A stretch of DNA of 64,000 bases from the NCBI GenBank assembly GCA_951406725.2, contig OX597839.1, positions 36,704,001-36,768,000 on the forward strand. The letters are read 5' to 3'. Positions 37,866 to 51,319 of the stretch are shown here, in pieces. The position numbers were made by a program, and so were the translations under genes. The notes under the pieces were generated by a model, which saw nothing but the letters and a program-made list of their open reading frames with translations, did no database searches and was not told the origin of the DNA. Source of the stretch: Octopus vulgaris. Lineage: Eukaryota. Each line of letters begins with the position of its first letter. Within the stretch, counting starts at the first letter, position 1.

Positions 37866-38268
37866 ATGTCATGTATAAAATATATATATATATATATATA
37901 TGAACATACATACACACATATGTGTATGTGTACACATGTACAGACACACATACACACACACACACAGTTTGTTTCAACTAAATCAGTTTGAGGTGTTGCT
38001 ATGGATTTCCCTCATGGGAATCTCTGTAGCAACTGATTCATCTGAAAATTATTACATGCTACCATAGTGTGAAGTACTCTTATACACTTTCTCTCACTAG
38101 TTACAACTTGTGTGTGTGTGTGTGTGTGTGTACGCATAGTGTATATGTAGTGCACATGTGTGTGTATATGTAGTATATATTTATATGTAGTGTGTGTGTG
38201 TGTGTGCATGTATATATTTTGTGTGTGTACATATAGTGTATGTATAAATATATATAGTGTGTGTGTAT

Positions 38269-38299
<31 letters not shown>

Positions 38300-38455
38300 G
38301 TGTATAGTGTGCATGTTTATATATAGTGTGTATGTGTATATATATATGTATGTATGTATGTGTGTGTGTGTATATATGTATATACATCTGTATGTCTATA
38401 TATTTGTGTGTGTATGTCTGTGTCTATGTACAAGTGTGTATATGTATATCATGTA

Positions 38456-38498
<43 letters not shown>

Positions 38499-39435
38499 GA
38501 TTATATATATATATACACATGATTATATATATATATACACATGATTATAGCAAATTATTTTATATATGCTTTCCGTGCTGGTATGGGTTGGAGAGTTTGG
38601 TTATCACACTCTGAGTCACTTTTTGTTTGGTGTTAATGGTCTTCTAGCTGGGCCAGAGGACTATGCTTTGTTCAGACAATTCATTTTGTGATTTGGTTTC
38701 TAAAGTTGGAAGCTCTTCCTGTCACCAACCACTCTACAGAAGGTATTGTCTGCATTTTATTACAGTACCTGCACTCAGGAGATTGCTATGTCTAAGGTGT
38801 CCTCTCAACCCTATGTTGTCTCTGCTTTTTCACCAACACCATTACAAAGTGTATTGGGTGCGTGTCACCTTGGCACTGGCGCTAGTGAAGTTGCCTTGTA
38901 TCCCATAAAAATAAGGAATCCTTGCTACACTGTGATGTGTGTGCTTGTTCAAGACAAGTAAGAGGGAAGAGAAGAGAGAGAGAGAGTAATGATAGAAAAG
39001 AACTTGGGTGGGTGAGTGAAGGTACAAGGATATGTTGTAGAAACAACGATTGGAGAACAAGGGTGGAAGATAGCAATGGATAATGGTAAGTGTAAGTAAT
39101 GGGCGGAAAGAACAAATAGCTTAGAACAGCGGGAGTAATGACAGGTGTTAAAGAGAAAAATGATATAGAGCAGTGTGTAGTGGAAACTCTACTAGTCTTG
39201 GTAGCATAATACAGGGAAAAGAAGAGAGAGAGAGAGAGTGATTGGGGAGAGACAAGCACCAGTAAGGTAAATGCTGGTGAGATGAGAAATGGGAGATAAG
39301 TGCTGAGGGAGATGAGTACAAGAGGGATTAACAGGAGGGAAATAACAAGGTATCAAATCAGGTAGGGGAAGAAGCGGGAATATATATATATAAACTTGAT
39401 TGGACATATTGTTTAAGAAACCCAAATTTCTATGC

Positions 39436-39470
<35 letters not shown>

Positions 39471-39530
39471 CACACATGTACACAAAAAATGTCCCTCACC
39501 TTCCATTTGTAATATTTGACTCACACATGC

Positions 39531-40460
39531 TTATGCAATCAGGTTTTTTCCCCCCAGCACTTTGCGCTGTCTATTGAGATGGTCCTCTGTCATTTTTTTG
39601 AGGTGTAACACTTTGAGGTCACTCTTCACCACTTTGACCCATGTCTTCCTCTTCCACATGTTCCTTTCACATTGAACAGTTTTTATGCAGCTGGCATCCT
39701 TCGTTTTAATCATGTGCCCACACCAGTTCAGTTTTTTCTCATGCACGCCACATCTGAATTCTCTTAAATTCAATTCTTCTTCCACCTCATTGATACTCTG
39801 CCCTTCATACATGCAGACGTCACACATCCAGCAGAGCATGGTTGCTTCATTTCTTTCTATTTTTTGCAAATCTTCTGCATTCAGAGCCCATGTTTCACTA
39901 GTATGTGGCATTGCATCATGAATCTACCTTTCACTGAGGTAGAAGACTTTTGTTGCCAGCTGTGGTAATAATTCCACAAAATTTTTCCACCCCATTCTTA
40001 CTCATAACAACTACCTGTACAGGTCACAGAAGCTACCAACTTCTAGTGAACCTTCTGGACATTTGAAAGACTCTTTCATTCTAGTGCAGTTAATTCTGCT
40101 TATTTCCTTCTCTGTTAACCTGTTTGTGATTCCACTACACTTTTTGTATACTCCATAGTTGACACAAGGTACAGCATAGGAATTTTCTACATACTACTTT
40201 GTTGCATATGGATCATGGCCATATCCTTGGAGACAGTAGAGTCCCATTCTTTCTCTTACTTATTCATACTTTAGTTTAATGCTTCAAGATTCTAGGGTTT
40301 GTTTCCACAGCTGAAATTTCTTCTCTGAATCTCCTACAGATTTTGTTTTAGTAACTTGGTCATCAGCATTTAGTTCTGATGGACAGTCATTCTTAAGGTC
40401 TTGGTGGACTATAATAAATAAAAGGGGACTGGGGACTGGGCTCTGATGGACACCTTCGTG
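39531..40460 (-). mobile_element. Decayed RTE LINE reverse transcriptase and C-terminus
   Basis: GVHQ..SPLLFIIV, ADD, WKQTLES, WP*SIC..CTLCQLW..KCSGI, SETWALNAEDLQKIERNE, LNWCGHM. Confidence 0.85.
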
Positions 40461-40643
40461 AATGTTACCATTTGTTGTTGAACCTTCCTGACTATCTCTA
40501 CATTAATGTGTATTACGTGTGTGAATGTGTATGTATGTGTTAACATATATATGTGATTATGTGCATGTTTTTCCTAATATGAATGTGTGCATACATACAT
40601 ATTGTGCCTGTGCATGTGTCATACACACACACACACACACACA

Positions 40644-41495
40644 TGAGGGGGAATCAAAATTTATACACACTCATATTTTTTCAATGTATTTACACAGAAG
40701 CAGGGCATAAACAAGTAAATAACTTTTCTATGTAGTTTTCTTCTTTTTCAATGGTCCAGTGGTCCACAAGCTTGTGTATTCCCCCCAAGAAGGTATTTAG
40801 TTGGTCATGCAACCATTTATGCACCATTTCTTTCACATCTTCATCTGTAGGAAATCAATGACCTTATAAACCATCTTTGAGCAGTCCAAAGATATAACAG
40901 TTGGAAGGGGTGAGATCTGGACTGTAGGCAGGGTGTTCCAACCCCTCAAAACCCAGTTAGTTAATGGTTTTAACAGTCTGGGTGGCCATGTGTGGCTGTG
41001 CATTGCCATGCAACAACAAAACTTTCTTCAACAACAGGCTTTGGCGTTTGGTGTGAATTGGTGGCTTCAGTTTGTTGGCCAGCAAAGGTACTGTGTCTTG
41101 CACTGTTGACTGTAGACCCCTTTTCCAGGTAGTCTTCCAGTATAGGTGTTTTTGAGTTCCAAAAAAGAATTAGCATCACCTTTCCTGAGTCTTGAATTTC
41201 TTCATCGCTGGCAAGCCAGGATGTTTCCACTCCATACTCTCTATCTTTTGGATCCTACCTCATAATGATGGACCCACATATCATCTCTGACTATTCTGCT
41301 TGTTGTTCTTCTTGCTAGTGGAGTGGCCATGCTTACACTGTAAACCCCTGAAATAAAATGGTACTATCAGGATCAAACTTTGATGGCATGACCACAATAG
41401 TTCCAACTATAAGCACACAGGTGCAGCAGAAGGCAGTGTGACAATAATAAAGATATGTTATGGTGAAAGTGCGGACAATTTTTTACTTCCCCTGA
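40644..41495 (-). mobile_element. mariner, internally deleted, both terminal inverted repeats present
   Basis: Imperfect repeats TGAGGGGGAATCAAAATTTATACACACT and AGTGCGGACAATTTTTTACTTCCCCTGA; SGKVMLILFW..DYLEKGSTVNS and PAYSPDLTPS. Confidence 0.85.
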
Positions 41496-41589
41496 CACAC
41501 ACACACACACACATATTGTATATATACACATGCATACTTATGCATGTATGTATTTTTAATTTTATGATATATGTTATATTTCCATATAT

Positions 41590-41990
41590 CTGTGTGGTAA
41601 GTAGCTTGTTTACCAACCACATGGTTCCACATTCAGTCCCACTGCGTGGCACCTTGGGCAAGTGTCTTCTACTATAGCCTCGGGCCGACCAAAGCCTTGT
41701 GAGTGGATTTGGTAGACGGAAACTGAAAGAAGTCCGTCGTATATACGTGTATATATATGTATATATATATATATATATATGCGTGTGTGTGTTTGTGAGT
41801 CCGTGTTTGTCCCCCTAGCATTGCTTGACAACCGATGCTGGTGTGTTTATGTCCCCGTAACTTAGCGGTTCGGCAAAAGAGACCGATAGAATAAGTACTG
41901 GACTTACAAAAGAATAAGTCCCGGGGTCGAGTTGCTCGATTAAAGGTGGTGCTCCAGCATGGCCGCAGTCAAATGAAACAAGTAAAAGAG
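41590..41990 (+). mobile_element. SINE A
   Basis: Matches the A consensus. Confidence 0.9.
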
Positions 41991-42699
41991 AGAGAGAGAA
42001 AAAGAGAGTATATACACACACACCTATGTATGTATGTATATTGTCATCATCATCACCATCATCATCATCATCAGTGTTTTGTCTATTTCACCCTGTTGGA
42101 CAGTTTTTTAAAACAGTACTTTACAACCAGATACTTTTTCAGGTGCTTCTTAAGATCTGCAGGTATATGGTGTACCTATTTCTAATATTATGATACACAG
42201 AATAAATGCAGGCCAATGTCCAGTCCATCTTACTTGTTCAGCTGTCTTTGACTCAGGCCATTTACAGAAGAAATGTTTATTCATCCATCTTGCATCTCTT
42301 TCCTTCTTACATTCTCTTTTGTGTTTTCTTCCTCTCACTCTCTGCCCATCCCATTTGTCTGTCTATCCATGTATTTGTCTGCAAAACATAGATTATGGCT
42401 TGTAAATACATGATTTGTATAAAATGCAGTGTTTACATCATCATTTACACTTTGCACCACACACACGCACACAACTATCATGCAATGTTGAGGCAAGGAA
42501 ACAAGAAATGAGGATGCGTATGTCTGTATCTGTTTGTATGTATGTGTGTGGTGTGTATATATGTATGTTTGCATATATATATATATATATATATGGTGAA
42601 CTCTCCTACTCTAATTGATGGATGAGGGTTCCACAATTTCTTGCTGAACAACCTGCCAACAACCTCTACAGATAAATTGTTGAAAGGGATCAAATCAAC

Positions 42700-42865
42700 A
42701 TTGCCTATACAGATGCACGGTGTGCTGTACCTCAGAGGATGAAGCGATAATATGGCAATAAAGGGTTTTGCTCAAAAACACAATGCACCGCCTGGTCTGA
42801 GAATAGAAACCATAATCTTGCAATCATGAATGCAACACCCTAACCACTATGCCACATGCCTTCAC
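42700..42865 (-). mobile_element. Degenerate D/E-type SINE head
   Basis: Reverse complement reads GTGAAGGCATGTGGCATAGTGGTTAGGG...GGTTTCTATTCTCAGACCAGGCG. Confidence 0.6.
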
Positions 42866-42898
42866 ACATACATTTATGAATGCTTGTGTGTGTATATA

Positions 42899-43110
42899 TG
42901 AGGGGGAACTCAAAAGGAACTGGGATTTTGCAATATTGTTTTACTTGCTTAGTTAATACTTTTATCACCTACAAAGTATTTCCCATTTGAAGCCATGCAT
43001 CGGTCCAGACATGTAGATATTTCCATTGTTTGAGGCAGTCCTGGAACTCTTGCGAAATGATGCCTTTTAACTCCTCCATCATTTTTTTCTTCACCCCTTC
43101 CACATCTGCC
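42899..43110 (-). mobile_element. mariner 3' end with terminal repeat
   Basis: TA|TGAGGGG repeat; ADVEGVKKKMMEELKGI..EFQDCLKQW..LDRCMASNGKYF. Confidence 0.75.
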
Positions 43111-43559
43111 GGAGAAATTTGAATGCCAAAGGTTTGAATTATTGTGAATATAATTGTATAAATTACAAGCAGCCTCTCTCAGGGCTCATAGTCTTGAAAG
43201 CTGTATGATGACCTTGCTTGTGTTGGTGCCTTGAAAAAAACATCAGTAATCTTTGTAAAGTGGCAATGCCTTAGAAGAACATCCAGCTGTAGGAACCATG
43301 CCAAAGCAGACAGTGTAGAACAATGCAGCCCTTGTACACATTAAATCATGCCAAACCGTCCAACCCATACGAGCATATAATATGGATGTTAAATGATTAT
43401 GATAGGCAGCCTCATTGGGGTGGTTGCCACTAAAAAGAAACAAAAAAATGACCAGGGGCACTCTGTAAAGTGGTTTCTAAGTGATGTTTGTATGTGCATG
43501 TGTGTGAATGTATCTGTGTATATACATATGTGCATGCGTGTATATATAAGCATACATGC

Positions 43560-43596
<37 letters not shown>

Positions 43597-43666
43597 TGCA
43601 TGTATGTATGTGTATATGTGTGTATACATATTCATGTCTGCATGTGTGTGTGAGTGTATATGTATA

Positions 43667-44552
43667 TGAGGTGGTATCAAAAAGTTCCCAGACTAGTTCT
43701 GTAGTGTGCCAACAGATGGCAGTACACAGTTGTGTGCGCAGTGAGAGCTACCACTGACCTTGATGAGGCAGTCTGCTGAGGGACATTGCTGTGTTTACTT
43801 TGCAAGTTGTGAAATTTGTGTTTTTGTGATCACGTATATGCTGCAGTCTGTGATTTTTGTCATGAGCAGGAAATTGGAACAAAGAGCCAACGTGAAATTC
43901 TGTGTTAAACTTGGGAAGTCTGCTATAGAGACATTGAGCATGTTTCGGCAAGCTTACGGCAATGAGGCTATGGATCATAGCCAAGGTTTCGAGTGGCATG
44001 GGGGCTTCAAAAGCAGAACATCCCTGGAAGACAATGAGTAGTCTGTAAGACCTGCCACTAGCGAACCCCTCAGAAATGTGGAGAAAATTCATCAGCTGGT
44101 GCATGAGGATCATCAGAGGACAATCAATGATGTTTTAAAGCATTTGGCTAAAGTGACCGAACGTGTGGAGGACAAAGAATTGAATTCTTCATGACCACAA
44201 TGCACAGTGTCACCAAGCTCTCCTCACTTGTGAATTTCTCACCAAAAACAACATGGTATCACTTCAGCAACCACACTATTTGCCAGATTTAGCACCAGCA
44301 GACTTCCATCTCTTCCCCAAAATGAAAATGCAGCTCGGAGGTTGCCATTGAGATCCTGAGCGAATTTCAGAAGTTCCTCAACTTGCTTATGGAAAATGGC
44401 TTCCAGGCCAGATTCCAAAAGTAGCAGGAATGCTGGGACTGATGTAATGCTGCACATGGTGACTATTTCAAAGGGGATGACGTTGAAACTTGGGTAAATA
44501 AGTTATTTTTTAATGAACATAACTAGTCTAGGAACCTTTTGATATCACCTCA
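43667..44552 (+). mobile_element. mariner (irritans-like), internally deleted, 32-bp terminal inverted repeats, TA duplication
   Basis: TGAGGTGGTATCAAAAAGTTCCCAGACTAGTT and AACTAGTCTAGGAACCTTTTGATATCACCTCA; MSRKLEQRANVKFCVKLGKSAIET.. and PHYLPDLAPADFHLFPKMK. Confidence 0.92.
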
Positions 44553-44799
44553 TATGTATATGTGTATGTGTGGAAGCTTATTGCATTTATGTATATATTT
44601 GTTTGTGTATGTCTTTGTGTGCTTGCCCCCCCTCCACTGCCTGTTTGACAACTGGTATTGGTTTGTTTACATTCCCATAAAAGTGAATAAGTACCAAACT
44701 TTAAAAAAATAGTACTGGGATCAATTTGTTTGTCTTGAACCCTTCAAGAAAGCGCTAATTGCTACTCTTGAGTTTCTTATTTCTGATATAACCTTTACC

Positions 44800-45156
44800 T
44801 CATCACCTCCTCCAATGCTTCCTCCCCTCTTAAAAAGTTTTCTCTTGAAAGTACTTGGTGACCCTGTCAGTGCAAGGTGCCACTTAAAAGCATCCTGTCC
44901 ACTCTGTAAAGTGGTTGGTGTTTGGAAGGGCATCCAGCTGTAAAAACCTTGCCAAAATTGACCTTGCTTGCGCTTGCGCCACGTATAAAGCACTAAGTCT
45001 ACTCTGCTGAGTGGTTGGTGTTAGGAAGGGCATCCATCTGTAAAAATCCTGCCAGAACAGTCCCAGAAGTCTGGTGCAGGCTTCAGCCTGGCTGGCTCTT
45101 GTGGTACCATCCCATCCATGCTAGCATGGAACACAGACATTAAATGATGATGATGA

Positions 45157-45160
<4 letters not shown>
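44800..45160 (+). mobile_element. Two tandem family-B 3' UTR fragments
   Basis: GTGGTTGGTG..GGAAGGGCATCCA at ~44911 and ~45012; (GAT)n tail. Confidence 0.75.
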
Positions 45161-45197
<37 letters not shown>

Positions 45198-45714
45198 CAT
45201 CAACACCATAATTTAACATCCATGTTCTCTCTTTCTCCCTCTCACATACACAAACATACACACATGTAATTTGCACGCCTTGTATGCATATGTAAACATA
45301 CACACACACATACACATATGTATATGTGCATCTGTATGTGAATATACGGAAGCTGATTATCATGATGATGTATGTGTTTTGTGTCTGTCATCATTGCTAT
45401 AATATGGTTACATATTGTTAGCATGGCTTCTAACACCATGGAAACCATAATCTTCTGAGAGAGAGAGAGAAAGAGAGAGAGAGAGTATACCACAATTCAA
45501 CAAGACATCTAGGACGTGTATTGAACAAACATTGGTGTGTGCATGTGTGTGTGTGTGTGCATGTATATATATATATGTTTGTGTATATATATATATAGTT
45601 ATGTATGTGTGTGTATGTATACACACATACACATCCATGTATTTATGTTTACAAATATATATGTTATACATATGTGTACATACAGTGTATATGCATATAT
45701 ATATATACTGTATG

Positions 45715-45757
<43 letters not shown>

Positions 45758-46471
45758 TGGTTTCCACCTTGTCAAAGACAGTCAGCCATTGACAGTTTCC
45801 TGCGCAGTGACTAATTTCTTAAATGTCTTATTGGATATTCCAGCACGTTGCGTCTGATTTATAAACATATGCTCATTAGAGTGATGCAAGTTCAATCCCA
45901 CCGACTGGTAGACATAAAGCTGAAGAGTTTCTCCATTTTGGGCTGTAAATTGTGATAAAAAAACAAACAGGTATTTCTTATTAATTAGCAGTATCAAATT
46001 ATTATTATCACCATCATCATGACATTATGTTAATGACAATCCCCATTATTATTATTATTATTATTGTTATTGTTATTTCCACTACCACAACACCGCAACC
46101 AAGAACAACAACCATCACTATAATCATCATCATCATCTCCAACAGCAATGCCAATAACAATGCTCACCCCCCCAACACCTCCATCACCATCATCACCGAC
46201 AGCAACAACATAATTGCTATTGTTATCTAACGAGCCACGGCAGTTGATTGACCGACTCATTAGAGTGTTAGACAACATTACCTTTATGTTCAGAGTTCAG
46301 ATCTCATCCAAGTCAACTTTACTTTCTGTTTTCTGAGGGGTCAGTAAAATAATGTACCCGTTAAGTTCCAGGGTTGGTGTTATCAGCTAGCTCACTCCCT
46401 CCCTACAAATTACTGGCCTTGTGCCTAATTCAGAAACAATTGTTGTTGTTGTGATTATTGTTATTATTATT

Positions 46472-47299
46472 GTTTTGCATCTCGGTAGATTCTGTGAGAG
46501 CTGACAGTAGCTTGCTGTCGGAGGTCTTAAGGGTCTCTTTCTGCACATGATAAGCTTCGATACTTGGTTGTCAATTATCTTGGGAGACATTCGACATCCA
46601 AGTACCAATTGCAAATTCCTAGCTGTTCCCAGTAGAGCAGTTTTTTGGGGCTTGCTCTGCTTTCATGTCAATTCTAATTTCTTTGACGTATTTCTCAAAC
46701 TTGCTTGTTAATGCTCCGAGTGCCCCTACAGCTACTGGAATGACAGATACTCTCCTCATAGTCCCGTTCTTGCAATTTTGTCTTTTAGTAGTCTGTACTT
46801 TTCAATTTTTTCTAGTTCTTTGTCCCTTATGCGTGCATCTCCAGGTATTGCAATATCTATGATCTTGGTTTCCTTTTTTCCTTTATCTACCACAACAATA
46901 TCTGGTCTTCGAGCCTCGATTAGGGAGTCACATTGGATTGTAAAATCCCACAGTGTCTTATGTTCCTTGTTCTTGGTGATTCCTTCTGGTTCATGTTTGT
47001 ACCATTTCCATGCTCTGTTCAGGCCATACTTTTCATATAGCCTCCAGTGCGTTATTGTGCCTCCTTTTGTAGTGCTTTTGGGCCGGCTTGCTACACTCAC
47101 TCACAGTATGTGAGATTGTTTCGTTTCTGCTGCCACACAACCTGCAAAGGGGCAATTTGCTACTCTTATCTATTTGGAACTTGGTGTAATTAGTTCTCAG
47201 ATCTTGTTCCTGGGTGCTGCATATCAATGCCTCAGTGCATCCTTTCTGTTCACTTTTTCATAACCATTGTTCCTGAGCACTGCATATCAATATCTCAGT
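46472..47299 (-). mobile_element. Dong/R4-clade non-LTR retrotransposon 3' fragment (restriction-like endonuclease domain)
   Basis: CRLCG..ETISHTVSEC (CCHC), YKRRHN, LWDF..EARRPDIVVVDK..IIDIAIP..EKIEKY, KTALLGTAR; flanked by TAA-type repeats. Confidence 0.9.
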
Positions 47300-47447
47300 A
47301 TTATTATTATTATTATTGTACACGGACTTTTTTCAAACGGACAAAACCCTTTGTAACTTTTGTCCTGTGTTTTGTCCCTTTATGTTTTAATTGATTTTTG
47401 TTAGCCCTTGTGGCCAATAAATGAATTAATTATTATTATTATTATTA

Positions 47448-48170
47448 AGGTGGTGAGGTGGCGGAACCATTAGCATGCCAGGTGAAATGCTTAGCAGCAT
47501 TTCATCCATCTCTATGTTCTGAGTTCAAATTCCGCTGAGGTCGATTTTGCCTTTCATCTTTTTGGGGTTGTTAAAATAGGTACCAGTTGAATACTGGGGT
47601 CAATATAATCGACTATCCCCCTCCTCCAAAACTGCTGGCCTTCTGCCAAAATTTGAAGCCATTATTATTGTTGTTGTTGTTATTTGTGGTGTGTTGGCAG
47701 AATTGTTGTATTATAAAAATGCTTTGCGTGTTAGTTCCTCCTCTCTACATTCTAAGTTCAAATCCCGCTAAGGTTGACCTTACCTTTCATCATTTTGGGA
47801 TGGATGAAATAAGTCCCAATTGAGCAGTGAGGTTGATGTAATTGACTAGCCTAATCCCTCAAAATTTCAGGCCTTGTGCTTAGAAAGGATTATTATTTTT
47901 TATTTTTTTTATTAAGGTGCTGGATTAGCAGAAACATTCATGTCAGACAAAAATGCCTTGTGTTTTTCTTTCTGGCTCTTTAGAATTTGAGTTTGAATTT
48001 CCTCCCGGTCACCTTTGTCTTTCGTCATTTTGGGGTTGATAAAATAAAGTAGGATTTGAACTCAGAACACTCAGTGTCAGAACAAATACTGCAGACTATT
48101 TTATCCAATTCTCTAATTTGCCACTTTGATGCCCAATGATAGGAGTCCAAATTTTGCCAGAGTCGACTCT
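47448..48170. mobile_element. Cluster of 3-4 degenerate SINE C copies separated by (TTA)n/(TTG)n
   Basis: Heads at ~47448, ~47685 and ~47915; inverted fragment at ~48055-48125. Confidence 0.75.
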
Positions 48171-48175
48171 ACATC

Positions 48176-48416
48176 TCTTTTCAGTCATTTGACTGTGGCC
48201 ATGCTGGAGCAACGCCTTTAGTCGAGCAAATATACCCCAGGACTTATTCTTTGTAAGCCTAGTACTTATCTATCAGTCTCTTTTTGCTGAACCGCTAAGT
48301 TACGGGGATGTAAACACACCAGCATCGGTTGTCAAACGATGTTGGGGGGACAAAGACAGACACACAAACACATACATACATATATATAGACGGAAACTGG
48401 GAAAGAAGCCTGTCAG

Positions 48417-48447
<31 letters not shown>

Positions 48448-50190
48448 GGCTTCTTTCAGTTTCCATCTACCAAATCCACTCACAAGACTTTGGTCGGCTC
48501 GAGGCTATAGTAGAAGACACTTGCCCAAGGTGCCACACAGTGGGACTGAACCCGGAACCATGTGGTTCGTAAATACATACATACACACACATGCAAAAAC
48601 ATGGCTGTATGGATATGGAGTTTACTTTGTAACTACATGGTTTTGGGGTCCATTCTCATTGTGTGGCACCTTGGGCAAGTGTCTTCTGCTGTAGCTGTGA
48701 GTCGAACAATACCTCCTTGATGAAACAGGTAGACTGAAACTGATAGAAGCCCATTGTGGATATGTGTGTATGTATAGAGGTGTGTATGTCTGTCTATGTA
48801 CATGTGTGTGTATTGTGTAGAGTAATGCACATGAGTATATGTGTGTTTTCATGTGTATATATAGGTGTGCACGTAAGTGTGTATAGATTAAATACACACA
48901 CACGTGCAGCCTAAATTGCTTATTGAAGTAGTAACCTCCTCCTTCGTTACCTCAATTACAAAGTCGTTAACCTACCATATCTCCTCGCTTTCATTGTATT
49001 TACTCCACCCACCTCTTTCTTTTTCGTGTGTCACACACGTCCCTGTCCTTGCCTTATTTTACATGGGTAACATACATGCACTCCCTCCCTTGTAACTTCC
49101 ACTTAACACTCCAACTCACCCCGTCTCTTTCCATCAAAATATCAATCGGCATATCCCTCTCTCCTCATCCTACCTCTCCTTGTCTTTTACTTTCCCCTTC
49201 TCCATCTGTTTCCTTCTCTCTTACTCTTTCCCTCCCATTCTTTTTTACTCTTCACCTTTCACTTTCCTTCTATCTCTTACTCTCACTCTCCATTTCACTT
49301 GTTCTTTCATCCCTTACTCTCCCCTCTACCTTTCCCATTCCCTTTCTTTTCATCTCTCTACCTGTGCCCTTCTTTCCCTTTCTCTCTACCTTGGCTATAG
49401 TAGAAGACACTTGCTCCAGGTAGCATACAGTGGTACTGAACCTGAAACCATGTGGTTAGCCGTATCTATACTCTTTTATTTGTTTCAGTCATTTAACTGC
49501 GGCCATGCTGGAGCACCGCCTTTAATCGAGCAACTCGACCCCGGGACTTATTCTTTTGTAAGCCCAGTACTTATTCTATCGGTCTCTTTTGCCAAACCGC
49601 TAAGTGACGGGGACATAAACATACCAGCATTGGTTGTCAAGCAATGCTAGGGGGACAAGCACGGACACACACATGCATATATATATATACATATATACAA
49701 TGGGCTTCTTTCAGTTTCCGTCTACCAAATCCACTCACAAAGCTTTGGTCGACCTGAGGCTATAGTAGAAGACACTTGCCCAAGGTGCCACACAGTGGGA
49801 CTGAACCCAGAACCATGTGGTTGGTAAACAAGCTACTTACCACACAGCCTGCTGCCATGGTGAAGTGCCACCCTGAAGAATCTTAGTTGAATCAATCCCA
49901 GCACTTATTACCTTTTTTTTAAAGCCCAGTATTTATTCTATTAATCTTTTTTTGCCAAACTGCTAAGTTAAGAGAACATAAACACACCAACACTAGCTGT
50001 CAAGCAATGGTGGGGGACAAACAGACACACACACACATGTATGTATGATGGGCTTCTTTCAGTTTCTGTCTACCATTCACAAGGCTTTGGTTGGCCTGAA
50101 GCTATTGTAGAAAACACTTGCCAAAGTTTGCTTGCAGTGGGACTGATCCTGGAACCATATGGATAGGAAGAAGATGTCTTACAACACAGC
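48176..50190. mobile_element. SINE A cluster: 48176-48569(-), 48597-48760(+), 49392-49460(-), 49469-49848(-), 49851-50190(-)
   Basis: A consensus at differing levels of divergence. Confidence 0.85.
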
Positions 50191-50269
50191 TGTGTGTGAA
50201 GAGGTGGAAAAATTCAGGTCAATGTTTTATTTATTGATCTTCAGTGTGTGATAAGATCTTTGATAAAAT

Positions 50270-50850
50270 CGCTTCAAGTTACTTGGGTCAGTAACGATGG
50301 CTTTATGCTGTCAGCTGATCTTTTAGAAATGGTGGCCAAATCTTCCTCAGACTCTACTCTCTTAAAAAAAAGAATGGCAAGTGCACATGAAATGATGTAG
50401 TGTGAGACACCTCTTAACCGCCTGCTAGTCATGGTTGGAATGTCTTTTGATTTGAATTTTGCTGGATTGAAGCTGATTAGCAAAGTTACCAGTTTCTCTA
50501 TATGGTTCATCCTGGGGCAATATTGATATGGGAAATTGAAAATTGGTTACTGTAACAAACAATTCCATGGATGTTGTTTAGTCCCTGGTTTGCACTCACT
50601 CAGTTGATCTATTTATTATCAAAGGCATCCCAGATGTAGCCATCCTGTCTTCTTAAGAATGGCTTGAAAATATATCACATAACATCTCTTTTCCATTGTG
50701 TAAGACAGTAGGGTGTGATTTGGTTGCTGCTTCTAGTATTCAGCTGACTTGTTATCAAAGGTGTTTATTATGTCTTTTTAGGATACATTCAATGTGTCCA
50801 TCTCTTTTGTATAAGAAACTAGGGTTTGATTTGACTACTGTTTCTAGTAT
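50270..50850. mobile_element. Family-F fragments (also 51715-51895)
   Basis: TTAGAAATGGTGGCCAAATCT and GTAGGGTGTGATTTGGTTGCTGCTTCTAG. Confidence 0.5.
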
Positions 50851-51319
50851 CTTGAGAAACTGTTTTCCCTCACGATTACGCTTGAATTATCCTCAATAGT
50901 ACTAAGAAGGTTTTATGAATGAATTAGTGATAATAATGACTATAACTGCTGCCGTGATCTTTAGTAGTAAACCAGTTTTATGAATGAATTTCTGATAGTA
51001 AAAACAAAGCATGTTATTGTAATATTTTTGTGTGTTTTATATTACTGCAGAGATGTAAGCAGTTCTTAGTGTTAAATGGAGATTTTAATTGTTATTTAAT
51101 AGAATAAAAATAGTTGAGGCTTTCTGACACCAACCCATCTGAGAGCATCTCTGGTCATTTCTGTTACATTGTTCTGGTTTAAAAAATAATTTTAATTGAA
51201 ACCTTCTTTCAAAATATCCATTCATCTTCTCCACTCACAGTCCCTGGGAGGGTTGTGGGTGTAGAGTTCTCAAGCACTTCCTTCCTATCAGAAGCAACCA
51301 TCATTACACTTTCCTTGAA

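Noticed and set aside
40212-40216. TGA at a Cys position in the RTE zinc finger read as selenocysteine
   Set aside because: The copy is riddled with stops and frameshifts, so ordinary decay is sufficient.
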